Source: Octopus vulgaris
Taxonomy: Eukaryota
Assembly: GCA_951406725.2 (NCBI GenBank)
Contig: OX597817.1
Span: 88,288,001 to 88,352,000, forward strand
Reading direction: 5' to 3'
DNA length: 64,000 nucleotides
A program made the translations under genes and the position numbers. Positions 26,666 through 39,600 of this stretch are shown piece after piece. How positions within the stretch are numbered: the stretch's first letter is position 1; each line of letters opens with the position of its first letter. Under the pieces are notes generated by a model. It was not told where the DNA came from. It made no database searches and worked only from the letters and a program-made list of their open reading frames with translations.

Positions 26666-28822
26666 ATTGTTTATTTTTAGTTTGAAATTGTAGGGTAGGT
26701 GTGAGAGGCCAGATTTGGCTGGTTTGAACATAAAACCAGTAGAATATTTGGGCTAAATATGTCTGGTTTAAATGCTAAAGGGTTAAAAAGATTTAATCTT
26801 TTCATTTCCCCTTCAAAGATTTGTAGGATTGGTTAGTATTATCAATTAATCTCCATTTCTTGGCAGTTGCAAATCTATTGTAGATCATATATACACAAGT
26901 TTCCCTCATGCATGTGTGCACACACATGCACACTATTTTCTATCTTTTTTAGCATCTTACTCCTACTTCTACAGGAAACCAAATAGAATGGTATTAAATT
27001 TTTGCAAAAAGAACAAACAGCTGAAATATTCAAATAAATAGGTACTATTTTAGCATTTCAGTTATAAAGATTTGGAAACTTCCTTGACAATATGTAAGCC
27101 CATAGATAGTTATGCTATGGTATCAGATAGGATATCTGTTTTTCTGAACATTTGGAATTTGTATTTTCCATAAGTCAGTTTTAAAAACCCCTCTCTGGAC
27201 TCAATGTATGGGTTATATCTTGAACCTGCAGGTCCCATTATCTAATATTTTTATTCACAGCGACTTTTGTATATTTTCATCAATGCCTAGGTATTTGCAG
27301 CATTTTTGGTTCCAAGAGATTGAGAGACCATTGATACACAGGTTTGGATTTGGGAGACTGACTTTCCATGTTCAACATTCGAATATCAACACATTTTATT
27401 GGCCAAGTTCTATTCCTGTGTCAGCTGAAAATGTTATTACGTCCTGGATTATCTCTAGCAGTTGCAGACCCTAACATGTAGCCGTAAGATTTTTGTAACA
27501 GAAATGATAATGAATTAATGCCAAAATAAACAGAGTAAACATCTTTTCATATGCATGCATGCATACGTACGTATGTACATACGTGTGTATGTTTGTTGCA
27601 TGTACATACTCTTTGTTTTCTATGTAGAATTGGTAACAACTTTTTGTAGCATGTTGATATAATAAGAAGCAAAATTATTGTTTTGAGGCATCTAGAGGTC
27701 AGATGTTTTTGAAAGTTAATCAAGTACAAAGGCTTACATCTTTGAATATATAGGTCGAAACATTTTATTTTCAGTGCAGTGTTTAGTCTATAATCAAGGA
27801 ACATTCATACAAACAGAATTAAAATTTTTGTTTCATATAGATCAGGCAAAGCAAGAATAGTTACGTACCCCCTTCGTTATTCTATGTGTTTCCTTCCTGA
27901 GTATCTGTGAAACCAAACAAAAATATGATAAATGGAACTGATGCATTCTTGTAATATTTAGCTCTTAGTCATTCTCTAAAATCTGCCATATTTGGTACAT
28001 GCTGTGTATACATGTCTGCAGAGAGGTGTCTCTCTGCCAATTTCATCAATATCTCAGCAGGCATTGTCTTGTGCTGTTGTTTGATGAATATTGCCTGCTG
28101 CTCATCATTTTCTGCCACCCTTCTAACTTTTCATTTTTCTGTTACATTTTTCATTGAATTTTTATCTTTCTCCTTACCTGCATCCCACTCTCACATTATC
28201 TTATGATGCTTCTACACATTTTTCATAATGCTCAATCTCAGGATGTAGTTCTGTCATATCCTCATTCAAATAGAATTCATTTCACTGTAGATCCCTATTC
28301 TTGTTATCCTTGAGTGTTTCCAGTAGACCTCTCACCAACTCCTTTCCACTTTCTCTCTCTCTTTCTTCCTCTCTTCTCCTTTCTCTCTATTTCTATTTCT
28401 CATTTCATTTTGCTTGAGGAAATAGTTTTGTAGTGATAGTTTAAACAAAAAAAAAAAAGAGGTAAAATTTATTTTTAAAAAATAAGAGAAATAGAATATT
28501 TTTCATCTTTCTCTTATCCACTAAAATAATTAAAGATAGTAAAAAAGAAAAAAATTTCCAAAACATTCCTTTCATGAGATTCTTTGAAAACTGAAACTGA
28601 AAATTCAAGTTCATTGCTTTTATTTTATAAACTTTATTTTCATTTGTATTTAAAGTCATTCATTTTACTCTTAAAGGATATTTTGTAAAGTTTACTGTTA
28701 ACTTTTTGTTTTATATTAAAAAAAAAAATTTACTGTTCCTTTTTATCATGGTTGTTCATGGTGGTTTTAATTGAAGTTAAAACTGTATTAGTCACTGTTC
28801 TAATCATTCTTATTATTATTTA

Positions 28823-30095
28823 TCTTCTTTTATATATAATTTTACTATAATGGGTGTTATGTCCATCTGTCTGTTCTCTCTTCATGGTCAAACGGCTGGA
28901 CTAATGGTCATGGTGTTTTTTTTTATTACAAAGGAGGTAATCAGAAAGGTTTTTAGCAAAAAAAATGAGAAAAAGTATGATTATTTAGTGGATATTGAGG
29001 GTAATTGTTCGGTTTACGAGCGTAAAAGGTAAATAAAAATTAAAGAGGAGATAAGTAATAAAAACAGCAAAGGGAAATAAGTCATCTTCTTACTATAATG
29101 GGCATTATATCCATCTGTCTGTTCACTTTTCATGATCAAATGGCTGGACCAATGGTCACAATGTTTTACAGGATTACAAAGGAGGTAATTAGGAAGGTTT
29201 TTAGCAGAAAAAATGTGAAAAAGTGTGATAATCTAGTGGATATTGAATTTTGTATTAATAAATCAACCCAATTAGTCCAACCCATGCTAGCATGGAAAGC
29301 GGACGTTAAACGATGATGATGATGAAATCACCTTTGATTTTTTTTTTTTTTTTTTTTTTTTGTTAAAATTCTGGTGACACTGATTAACTCTGGATCACCC
29401 CCAACCACGCCCCAACCCTCATATAGTTCATGAATCTAGAGGGTTTAGATACTATCCCTTTATTTCCAATCATAGATGGGCAGATCCCTAATGATTCCAC
29501 TTGCGCATTTACAGCACAGGGCAAGACTTTAGATCATGTAGGTGTATTTTAATCCATTCCGATGTTTATACATGGCCAGTTGTACATTGCTATGAGTAGA
29601 GCAACGGATTCATCGACCAAACAGAAAATATCATCTACAAAGAAGTTTTGTATTAATACAATTTTATTGAAAGGAATATGATTCATAATTTAGATAAGGA
29701 AATTTGTAAACTTTGAATGTATAAGAGTATAAACAAGTATAAAACAATGTAAACAGCTAAAATAAAAGTATACCTAAATAACATTTTTTTCTTAAAACTC
29801 TTTATATAGTGGTCAAAGGAAGCTCTGGCTTTCATTAGGAGTGGTCTACATAACCATTCATGATACAGAATTTGGGAACCTAATTCAGTTTGGGAGTGAA
29901 TTGTCATTACATGTCACTTAGTTGTCACTTGTCATGTAGCTGCAATACAATGTTGTATCATCAACAATAATGTGATTTCTCTAAGACATCACTCAGTAAT
30001 GTATCAAGTCCATTGACACATTTCTCAATACATACTGCTGCTATGACTTCCCGCCTTCATTCTATGCCTCCATCATAGATGGCTAGGTTTGCTAG
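28823..30095 (+). mobile_element. Non-autonomous Helitron derivative with PIF1-helicase C-terminal remnant
   Basis: 5' A|TC with ttactata...ctgtctgt...caaacggctggac (5' block duplicated at ~29085-29245). Remnant 29514-29656 AQGKTLDHVGVF*SIPMFIHGQLYIAMSRA.../TENIIYKEVLY*. 3' hairpin tctatg-catcatag a at 30061-30079, followed by CTAG|T at 30092-30096. Confidence 0.75.
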
Positions 30096-32041
30096 TAATA
30101 ATAATCCTTTCTACCATAGGCACAAGGCCTGAAATTTTGGGGCAGGAGATAATCAGTTGCATTGACCCCAGTAGAATTGGAACACAGAACATAAAGCTGG
30201 GAGAAATGCCACTTAGCATTTTGTCTGTTGTGCTAGTGATTCTGTCAGCTCACTGTCTTAATAATAATAATAATAATAATGGTTTTGAATTTTGGCACCA
30301 GGCCAGCAGGGTCGAGGGACAGGGTAAGTCAATTACATCAACCCCAGTGCTCAACTGGTACTTATTTTATTGATTCAGAAAAGATGAAAGGCAAAACCAA
30401 CATAATTTTATCATTGAGTGATGCACTAACAGAATTACAAGAAAAACAAACAAAATGCCTTCTAATATTTGTTCTGGCTCTTTACATTCTGAGTTCCAAT
30501 TTTACCATCCTCCTTGAGCTTGATAAAATAAGGTACCAGCCAAATACTGGAGTTGACTGTTTTCACACCCTAAATTTTAGGCTATGTATTTATGTATAAA
30601 AATCAGTATTGGGAGGGGTGTGTGAAGCAGAATCAGCAAAGCATAATACCTTGTAATAATTAGTTGCATCCCTTTACATTCAGTTCACATTCAGCTCTGG
30701 CCAACTTTCTCATCCTTTCTTGGGTCAGTAAAATAAGTAGTGGTCAAATACTGGAATACTGGAGTCAATAATATAAGCAATGCTGATTAATCATTCCCCC
30801 ACCCCAAAATGTGTGCCCTTATGCCTATATCAGAAATTATTATTATTAAGGTGGTGAGCTGGCAGAATCGTTAGCACATTGGATGAAATGCTTAGTGGCA
30901 TTTGTACAGATTGTTTGGCGAAAGCTGAACACTCGTACATCATCATTATTATTATGATGATGATGATAATGATGATTCATTTTGCCCATCTCTCCAATCT
31001 GCGTTCAAATTCTGCCAAGGTTGACATTGCCTTTCATCCTTTGGGGTTGATAGATTAAGTACCAGTGAAACACTGTGGCCATTGTAATTGACTCATCCCC
31101 TCCTCCAAAATTGCTGCCCTGGTGGTAAAATTTGAAACCATTATTATTATTATTAGGGTGCATGGCCTAGTAGTTAGGGTGTTGTACTCATGATCACCAG
31201 ATTGTGGTTTCAATTCCTAGACTGGGTGGTGTGTTGTGTTCTTGAGCAAAACATTTCATCCCGCGTTACTCTACAATCATATCGACACCTGACACATTGT
31301 ACACAGAGCACCTGTTCAAGCAACATTGATTTGGTGGAGAGAGTGAGGTTATGTACAGCATGAACATTTGATCACCATAAACAAATCATTTGTGCAGAAC
31401 ACTCGTACATCATCATTATTATTATGATGATAATGATGATTCTAGTAATTGAATATAAGTATCTTTGTACATGCTGTTACTGATATATTTGTAAATGAGT
31501 CTGTTTTTTATGAATGCTCACTGATTCAGTGAGGTGGACAACTAGTGATGGATTTGTAGTTATACCATCGACACTGTAAGACACTAAGTTAGCAATTGTA
31601 CATGTCACATATCTTCATGTGGGTACCACAAGTATAATTTCATCACTTAACATGCAAACTAAAATAGGTGTAGATGGATCCTCTGTAATGTGGCGCAATT
31701 GACCCCGGAAGGACGAAAGGCAATGTCAACCTCAGCGGAATTTGAACTCAGGTCGGAGCAATGGGCAAAATAATGCTAAGCATTTCAAACAATGTACTAA
31801 TGATTCTGCCAATTCATGGGGCTTAATAATAATAATTTCTTAAAGAGGCATGAATAAAGAATATTCAGAGGCATGTTTGTAAAACAAAAGCATTGAAATT
31901 TATTCAGTAGTGTAATGAGTGTTAAAAAGTGGTAACAAGGATTAATCTTGCATATGAATGGAAACCAAATACTTGTGTATACGAGACAGGAAAAATCACA
32001 TGACACTGAGGTTTATATGAAGTAGAGTGTAAGCTGGTATT

Positions 32042-32187
32042 ATGTGTGTGTATGTATATATGTATGTGTGTGTGTATGTATGTGTGTGTGTATGTATATG
32101 TGTGTATGTAAATATGTATGTATGTGTGTGTTCATGTATATATATATGTGTGTGTGTGTATGTATATATATGTGTATATGTGTGTAT
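32042..32187. repeat. (TG)/(TA) compound microsatellite
   Basis: Direct reading. Similar arrays at 866-945, 4149-4195, 32715-32873, 38408-38478, 49168-49238 and 60892-60950. Confidence 0.95.
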
Positions 32188-32834
32188 GCTTATTTGACCA
32201 CTCCCAAGCATTGTAAATATATGCATTGCTGCAGTTGCAAATATAGATATATCTATGCCAATGTTAAATTAAATAAGTAAGTAAATGGGCTGCTATTTGA
32301 TTGGGTTAGTCCATTATATATATATTTACACAGATAGATAAAGGGAGGGGTGAGAGGGAGGAGGAGGGATGGCAGTATGTAGGTCTTCTTGCGCAGAAGT
32401 GAGACAGAGCTCTGTGGGAGTTTTCGGTATAAGGGAAGAGATTACTGGTACATGAAAAGGGATTTCTGGTATTGGTGGTGGGAGAGTGGGAAAGGGTATC
32501 ACATCATGAACAAGAAATGGCTAACTTTGCCACAAGAAAATCGAAATAGCAACAAAGGATAGAAACACATGAGAATTATGTTGAGTGTTTAAAGGGGTAC
32601 GATTCTAGAAGTTATTAGAGAAAGTAACATATTACAGGTTATGAAGTTATTTTAACTCAAGAACGTTAGCATGCTCATAATAGATTTTAAATGAATGAAA
32701 AGAATGGTGAACGATTAATATATATGTGTCTGTGTGTATATAATATAGGTGTGTGCGTGTATGTATGTATGTGTGTATATGTATATGTGCATGTATGTGT
32801 ATATATATGTGTGTGTGCAATGTATGTATATATA

Positions 32835-32881
<47 letters not shown>

Positions 32882-33217
32882 GACTCCATTGAATTAGGTA
32901 CTTAAATTGAGGCACCTTGCTAGATCTGTATAATTCGCACACCCAAACAATATTCATTTCTGAAATCCAGATTCCAAGTTATGTAAATAAAATATAAATT
33001 AACAAAGATGTACAGGTGTCAATTCATTACAGCTGTTTCAGGCAACTCATTTAATTGCTTAATGAAAACATTACATCATTTGAAAGAGACCATTCCTATC
33101 AGATGACCACATAGATTTCAAACATAAAGGATATAATCATTTCCTTAACATATTCACATCAATAACGGAACTCAAAATATTTACATTGTTTCTTTTGTCA
33201 TATCTGTGGCAGTATGC

Positions 33218-33274
33218 CTATATATATATTTCTATATATATATATATATATTTCTATATATATATATATATTTC

Positions 33275-33305
<31 letters not shown>

Positions 33306-33336
33306 ATATATTTCTATATATATATATATATTTATA

Positions 33337-33370
<34 letters not shown>
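33218..33370. repeat. Compound (TA)n microsatellite with periodic TTTC interruptions
   Basis: Direct reading; source of the Y/I-rich ORFs. Confidence 0.95.
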
Positions 33371-33373
<3 letters not shown>

Positions 33374-33430
33374 CAGAGATGTACTTGCATAGCAAGTGAC
33401 TTGATCTGAGATCGTGTGCTTGAACGAAAA

Positions 33431-33687
33431 CAATTGCCGCATGGAAGGTGTTTATAAGCCATTTAAGAAACACACAAAAACTATTAGATTCACTTCAACA
33501 TTTAAATTCAATTTGTAAAAATATTTTTGTCGCTTTGAGACCGCAGCCTGTTCACTGACTAGACTTTGTGCTGCATCTTGAAGGTCACGGTCTGAAATTT
33601 GACAAATTAAATTTGAATGTTGAAGTGAATCTAACGGTTTTTGTGTGTTTCTTAGATGGGTTATAAACACCATCCACACTGCAATTG
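33431..33687. repeat. ~90-bp-arm inverted repeat (fold-back element)
   Basis: Arm 33431-33520 (caattgccgcatggaaggtgtttataagccatttaagaaacacacaaaaac...) is the imperfect reverse complement of 33598-33687. Flanked by (TA)n arrays. Confidence 0.8.
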
Positions 33688-33733
<46 letters not shown>

Positions 33734-33737
<4 letters not shown>

Positions 33738-34960
33738 GTCATCTTATAAGTTCTGTCTGATTTTACCTTTTTTAAAATTGAATGAAATTTAATAGTATTT
33801 TAGAATGTCTAATGGAATTAAAAATTATTTTTATGCATTTGTGTGCATTTAAGCTAATAAAATATTATTTTATAGAATAATAGAATTAAAATTTAGAAGT
33901 ACAAAAAAGGAGATTCTGCAGCCGAAGCGACTCAAAACATACACTCACAATTTATGGGAAAGAATGCTTGAATGAAAGACCTTGCAGAAGATGGTTTGCA
34001 AAATTCAAAAGTGGAGATTTCAGCCTTGAAGATGTAGATCAAACAGGACATCCAGTTGAGTTTGATGATAAGCTCCTTGAGGCATTACTTGAAGAAAATC
34101 CTGCATTATCAGTTGAAGAATTGGCAATAAAGCTTAGTTCAAACCATACAACTGTCCATTGTCATCTTCAACAACCTGGAAAAGTTCCTAAACTTGGAAA
34201 ATGGGTGCCTCATGAATTGTCTGAAAACAACTGCAAATCCCGAGTTGAGATCTGCTCTTCTCTCCATTCTTGCGAACTCATTTCACCCTTTTTGGATAGA
34301 CTTGTGACTGGTGACGAAAAATGGATCTTCTATCGAAATGTTAAACGTTGTAAACAGTGGCTTGGTAAAAGGGAAAAAGCTCAACCACAACTGAGAAAGG
34401 AACTTCATGGAAAAAAGGTTCTTCTCTTTATCTGGTGGGATTGCAAAGGAGTGATTCACTTTGAATTGTTACCACCTAATGCAACAATCAATGCTTGAGT
34501 CTACTGTCAGCAATTAGAGCATTTGAACCAATCTTCGAAGAAAAAAGACCCGCTTTAGTGAATTGAAAAGGAGTGATGTTTCATCGGGACAATGCACGAC
34601 CCCCACACTGCAAAGATCTCATCACAGAAGCTCGAAGAGCTTGGTTGGGAAAAAATTCCTCATCCATCTTATTCTCCCAATCTTGCTCCTTCAGACTACC
34701 ATTTGTTTCATAGTTTACAGAATCGTTTGGGGAACATAACTTTCGCAAGCCAGGAGGAGGTCGAAAGTGACATTTCAGAGTTCTTCGCTTTGAAACCAAA
34801 AGAGTTTTACATTGATGGGATTAAAAAGCTTGTAAATAGATGGAAGGAAGTCATAGATAACCAGGGAAAGTATATTGATGATTAAATTTCAATTAAATAT
34901 AACATTTGATCACTTGTTTTCTTTATTCAAAATTCGGAGATAACTTATGGGATGACCTGA
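33734..34960 (+). mobile_element. Mariner (DD34D) DNA transposon, full length ~1.23 kb, inactivated
   Basis: Imperfect ~31-bp TIRs tcaggtcatcttataagttc.../...taacttatgggatgacctga flanked by TA. Transposase motifs WVPHEL, TGDEKW, HxDNARPH, YSPNLAPSDYHLF. Premature stop at 34496-34498 and frameshifts. Confidence 0.93.
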
Positions 34961-36352
34961 TATATATATATCAGGTATGGAGCAGGGAGGAGAAAGAAGT
35001 AGAAGTGGCTCAGGAAGGAGTGGGTGACAAGTAGCAGCACAGGAGAGCAGCAGTGTCATAAATCTGTAAATAGATGGTGCATAGAGTATGAGAGTGAAAA
35101 GAGAGAGGACTGGAAATGAATAGTGGCAGAAATGGAGGCCAGAAGTACATGTGGGTAGCTATAGTGAGTGTGAAGACAAAGATGGGTGGGGTGGGTCATG
35201 TTATATTGATAGATCAGGTTTTTCAGTAATGATAATATTTAGTGTGAATAGTTTTATGTAGATCAAAGTAATTCACTTTATATTTGAACAGCTGTTAAGA
35301 TAAATACATGTGAAAAAGTTCAAAATCTAGTTCAGTTCATTTTGAAGATAATAGCTAGGACATTGTTTTGTTCTTTTTATATTTTGAGTTCAAACTCACC
35401 TTGATGAACTTTGCCTTTTACTTTAATGTAAGCACCAGTAACATGCTGAGATTCAAATATTTTAATATTCCTTTGGCATTTTTCTGCCACTGTTACCAGC
35501 CCTTCAACACACCTCACAACACACATTTTGCCAATGGCCGAAATCATTGGTGAATTACAGGATCACTTAGACAAATATTACATGAAAAATTTACCAATGC
35601 CTGTTCCTTCTGTTCCAAGATTTTGCTGTTAAAATTTATGTGCTATAAATTGCTTATACTTCTTCAATACACAAAATATTTTTTTTATGCAGTTCCTAAT
35701 AATATTCAATTATAAAAATACTGCAGGACTTTTTTTTATATGCATCGAATGGCTATCGAGGTCCAGTAGTAAAGTTACATTCTCGAGTCATATTGACTCA
35801 TGAGGGCCAGTTTCCTGGTTTCATGGCATGTATATTCCCCATCTGGACAGGATTACTCATTTTTGCCAGCTGAGTGGACTAGAGCAGCAGAGATGAAGTG
35901 TTTTGCTCAAGAATACAACCCCTTGCTCAGTCCAGGAATTGAAACCACAATCTTACGATCATGAGCCCAACACCCTGACCACTAGATACGCACATTCGGG
36001 ATCTCCACACAAGACCCAGTAAAGTAGGAATTAAAGGAGTCCATAGGCTAAAAATAGTTGAGAACCACTGTTCTAAAATACTGGTCTTGATAAGATACAA
36101 TTTGTAAAGCAATTGGTGATATAAAAGAAACCCAACTTCAAAAATCAGAGATTTTTAGTGTTGTTTTTGTGTGTGTCAGATGGTAAAGGACTCCAACAGA
36201 CCTATCTAGCTCATACCAGTATAAAAATTCAATTTTTCAATATTTCTCCTATGTTTGGTTACTTTTCTTCTCTTTTTCATCTCTAATGATTACTTTTGTA
36301 TTATCTCTAAACACTGTTATTCTTATATGTCTATCACTGTTCTTGTTTGCAG

Positions 36353-36543
36353 GTTTGCCAGCAACTTGGTATTTTAGAGGTTGATTATTTTGGTCTTCAG
36401 TATGAAGGAAATAAAGGAGAACAGCTATGGTTGAATATGCGCAACCGCTTAAACCAACAACTCAACAGACAGCCACCATACCGGCTTCTTCTAAAGGTCA
36501 AATTTTTTGTACCTCCCCATTCCTTGTTGCAAAACACAACCAG
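36353..36543 (+). CDS. MYLIP: MYLIP/IDOL-like E3 ubiquitin ligase, internal coding exon (FERM F1 lobe)
   Basis: Acceptor tcttgtttgcAG|GTT, donor ACCAG|GTaac (phase 2). Translates [33 protein letters not shown]...[18 protein letters not shown], closely matching [22 protein letters not shown]...WLNLRNRI...RVKFFVEPHLILQEQTR. Confidence 0.95.
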
Positions 36544-36597
36544 GTAACTACTTTTTTTATTTGTAAAGTGTTATATTCTTATATGTTTTTGTACATA

Positions 36598-36809
36598 TGA
36601 GGGGTGCTGAAAAGTTCCTGGCTTTAAGGGTATCATGAAAGGACTGGTTGGAGGCCCAACCTTTGAAGTTCTTTTACAGGGCTTAGGAAAACTGAAGGAC
36701 CACTGCAATAAGTGTGTGAATCTGAGAGGGGAATATGTTGGATAAAATCATAGCTGATTCTCCTGTATTTTCTTTTACCCAAAGCCAGGAACTTTTCAGT
36801 ACCCCATCA
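36598..36809. mobile_element. Mariner-type MITE (TA TSD)
   Basis: TIRs tgaggggtgctgaaaagttcctggcttt / aaagccaggaacttttcagtaccccatca. An inverted second copy lies at 58183-58352. Confidence 0.8.
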
Positions 36810-38405
36810 TATGTAAGCAAGTGGTGGTGCTTGGTCTTAGTTTGATCATGCAATCTTGAGAATCCAGGAACTGTCCTTTACATAGCACTTTGGACAAATG
36901 TCTTCTACCATAGTATTGATTGCTTTGTGAGTTTAATTTAGCAAATAAATGGTGTGGAAACACTTTCTGTGGCCTGTTCCCTTTCTATTCAAAGGGTCAG
37001 TATAGTCATATGTTGTGTCACATTGATTCTGTTTGAGGATTATGTTAAGGGTACAAGTGTCTGTGGTATACACAGCCACACCATATTACAATGACTTTGT
37101 TGTAAAACAAATGTAAGGAAACTAGGCTGTTCTGTTGGTCAAACACTCGAACATTCATTCATCAAAAATAGATGAGATTATATTTATTATTATTCTGGCA
37201 TATATTATATACTCTTGCTGTGTGTGTGTATGTAGGCATGGCTGTCTGAGTGAGAAGCTTGTTTCTCAATCACATGATTCCAGGTTCAGTTCCACTGCAT
37301 GGAACCTTGGGCAATTGTCTTCTACTATAGCCCCAGGCTGACCAAAACTTTGTGAGTGGATTTGGTAAACGGAATGTGTCATTGTATCTGTGCTATACCA
37401 CTACTTGACAACTGGTGTTTTGTTTACATCCCCATTACTTAACAGTTTGGCAGAAAGAGACTGATAGAATAAATACCAGGCTTAGAGAAAAGTAAATATT
37501 GAGGTCAGTTTGTTCAATTAATCTCTTCATGGCAGTGCCCAAACATGGCCTCAGTCTAATGACTGAAACAAGGAAAAGATAAAAGATAATGAGTAGAACC
37601 TGTATTTCAAAGGGTCAGCCTTCTCACACTCTGTGTCATGCTGAATCTCCCTGAGAACTACGTTAAGGATACATATGTCTGTGGAGTGCTCAGCCACTTG
37701 CATGTTAATTTCATGAGCAAGCTGTTCCATTGATTGTATCAGCTGGGACCCTTGTTGTCGTAGCCAACAGAGTGCTCCATATATATATATATATATAAAA
37801 TACACACAAACATATATATATACACACACATACATCTATATATGGGCCAAGATGTCTAGCCAATATGAGGTTCTTGAGAAGATCTACCCACATCAGTGAA
37901 ACTAAGTTCTAGAAGGGCTGTGTTCCACAAGCATTTGTATTTCACCCACAAGCAACAATAAAACTTTTCAAGCACCCTACTCCAACAAACCAAACTACAT
38001 CTCTTCCTCACATCTCTTTCATGCACTATGCTTACCTCTCACTCCCCAATCCTGTTCTCATGGCTCTGTTCACTGTATCATTGCTATCTGGTAGTGTCAT
38101 TCATTTCTAATATTCTGTGAGAACATGTCTGGCCATGGGAAGATATTACCTTGCTTGGAAACAGTTAAGGGCTGGCAACAGGAAGGACATCCAACCATAG
38201 AAAATCTGCCTTAATAAACTTTGTCTAACCTATACCAGCATGAAAAAATGGATGCTAAGATGATGATAACAATATTATGGTTGGATGAATGAATGATCTT
38301 AACATATCTATATCTGTCAGCAGGATTAGTATAATCTTTTGTGACTAAGTGAAAAAGTCTGTGTATGTATGCATTTGTGTGCAATAATATATGTAAATAC
38401 ACACA

Positions 38406-38468
<63 letters not shown>

Positions 38469-38509
38469 ATGATGATGAAATCTTTAAAAAAAAGCCACCT
38501 ACCTCACAG

Positions 38510-38732
38510 TTTCTTATTTCTTTATTGCCCACAAGGGGACAAACAAGGGCAGACAAAGGGGATTAAGTTGATTACATCGATCCCCAGTCCGTAACTGGTA
38601 CTTAATTTATCGGCCCCGAAAGGATGAAGGGCAAAGTCGACCTCGGCAGAATTTGAACTCAGAACATAGCGGCAGACAAAATACTGCAAAGCATTTCGCC
38701 AGGCGTGCTAACGTTCCTGCCAGCTCTCCGCC
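38510..38732 (-). mobile_element. SINE family A, young copy in a MYLIP intron
   Basis: Reverse complement of the 16749-16981 element (ggcggagagctggcag...gagttcaaattctgccgaggtcgactttgcccttcatcctttcgggg...ccccttgtgggcaataaagaaataag). Confidence 0.85.
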
Positions 38733-39600
38733 TACCTCACACAGTTTCTAGTGTCAATATTTATATTCTATCATTCCAGCTCTGCATAAGTAATAGAAGG
38801 ATTCACAGTTAGTCATTGTAAACAAAAGTTACACTATAAATTCAGCAAGTATTTTATTGCCTTGTTGTGCTGCTTTCCTCTCTTTCTATTAGCTGGAATC
38901 CTCTCCTTCCTGCACTACCTTAGTGAGTAATACTTATTAGCAAAGACAACAACCTGGAGATTAACGCAAAAAGTGTGAACATACACAATTCATTTTCATT
39001 CCTCTAAAAAGTGACTTTATGCAACAGTTCACAAAGCGAATGCAATGTTAGGTCAGCTGGGAGTAGGAGATGGGATGAGCAATAAAGGTTATGCAGTGTT
39101 TAGCTATATTCCTTTACACTAAATACCAATAAAATCAGTGCCTTCTCACCAAGATTCTTAGTTTTATGCCAACTTTAAAAATTACTATATTCCCAACTCA
39201 AATTGTGCCATAGTTAGTTTATCTCTCCAGAATCAATAAGTCATATACTGGGGTTGATTAAATCAGCTCTACCTCCTTGCTGTTTAATTTAAATAAGAAA
39301 AAGGGAGAGGAATGGGATTGCAAACAGTTGAACATTGACTTGCAATATTCAACTCTCTTCATTTGGACTTCAAAGTATTACCTCAGTTGACTTTGTCATC
39401 CTTCCATGATTGATGAAATAAATGAAATCAATTTTAATGATTTGGGATTAAAATCTGGAATTTAGAGAAATTTATGATTAATCAATATACCCCCTATAAA
39501 TATGTGGCCTTACAACAACATTAATCCCTTTTGGGTTTTTTTAATTTTTATTCTTCTCTAGTTTAATATCTTAAAAAATAATCTTATTCTGTTCTTGCAG

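Larger units (their letters stand above)
26418..26782. mobile_element. piggyBac-type MITE (TTAA TSD) carrying a nested insertion
   Basis: TTAA|CCCTTTGGCATT ... AATGCTAAAGGG|TTAA. A second, uninterrupted and diverged copy lies at 45986-46203. Confidence 0.8.

Noticed and set aside
31996-33409. ORFs rich in Y/I/C/V/H/T
   Set aside because: They are translations of (TA)n/(TG)n microsatellites; the same applies to ORFs at 841, 11255, 38326, 60730 and 62965.
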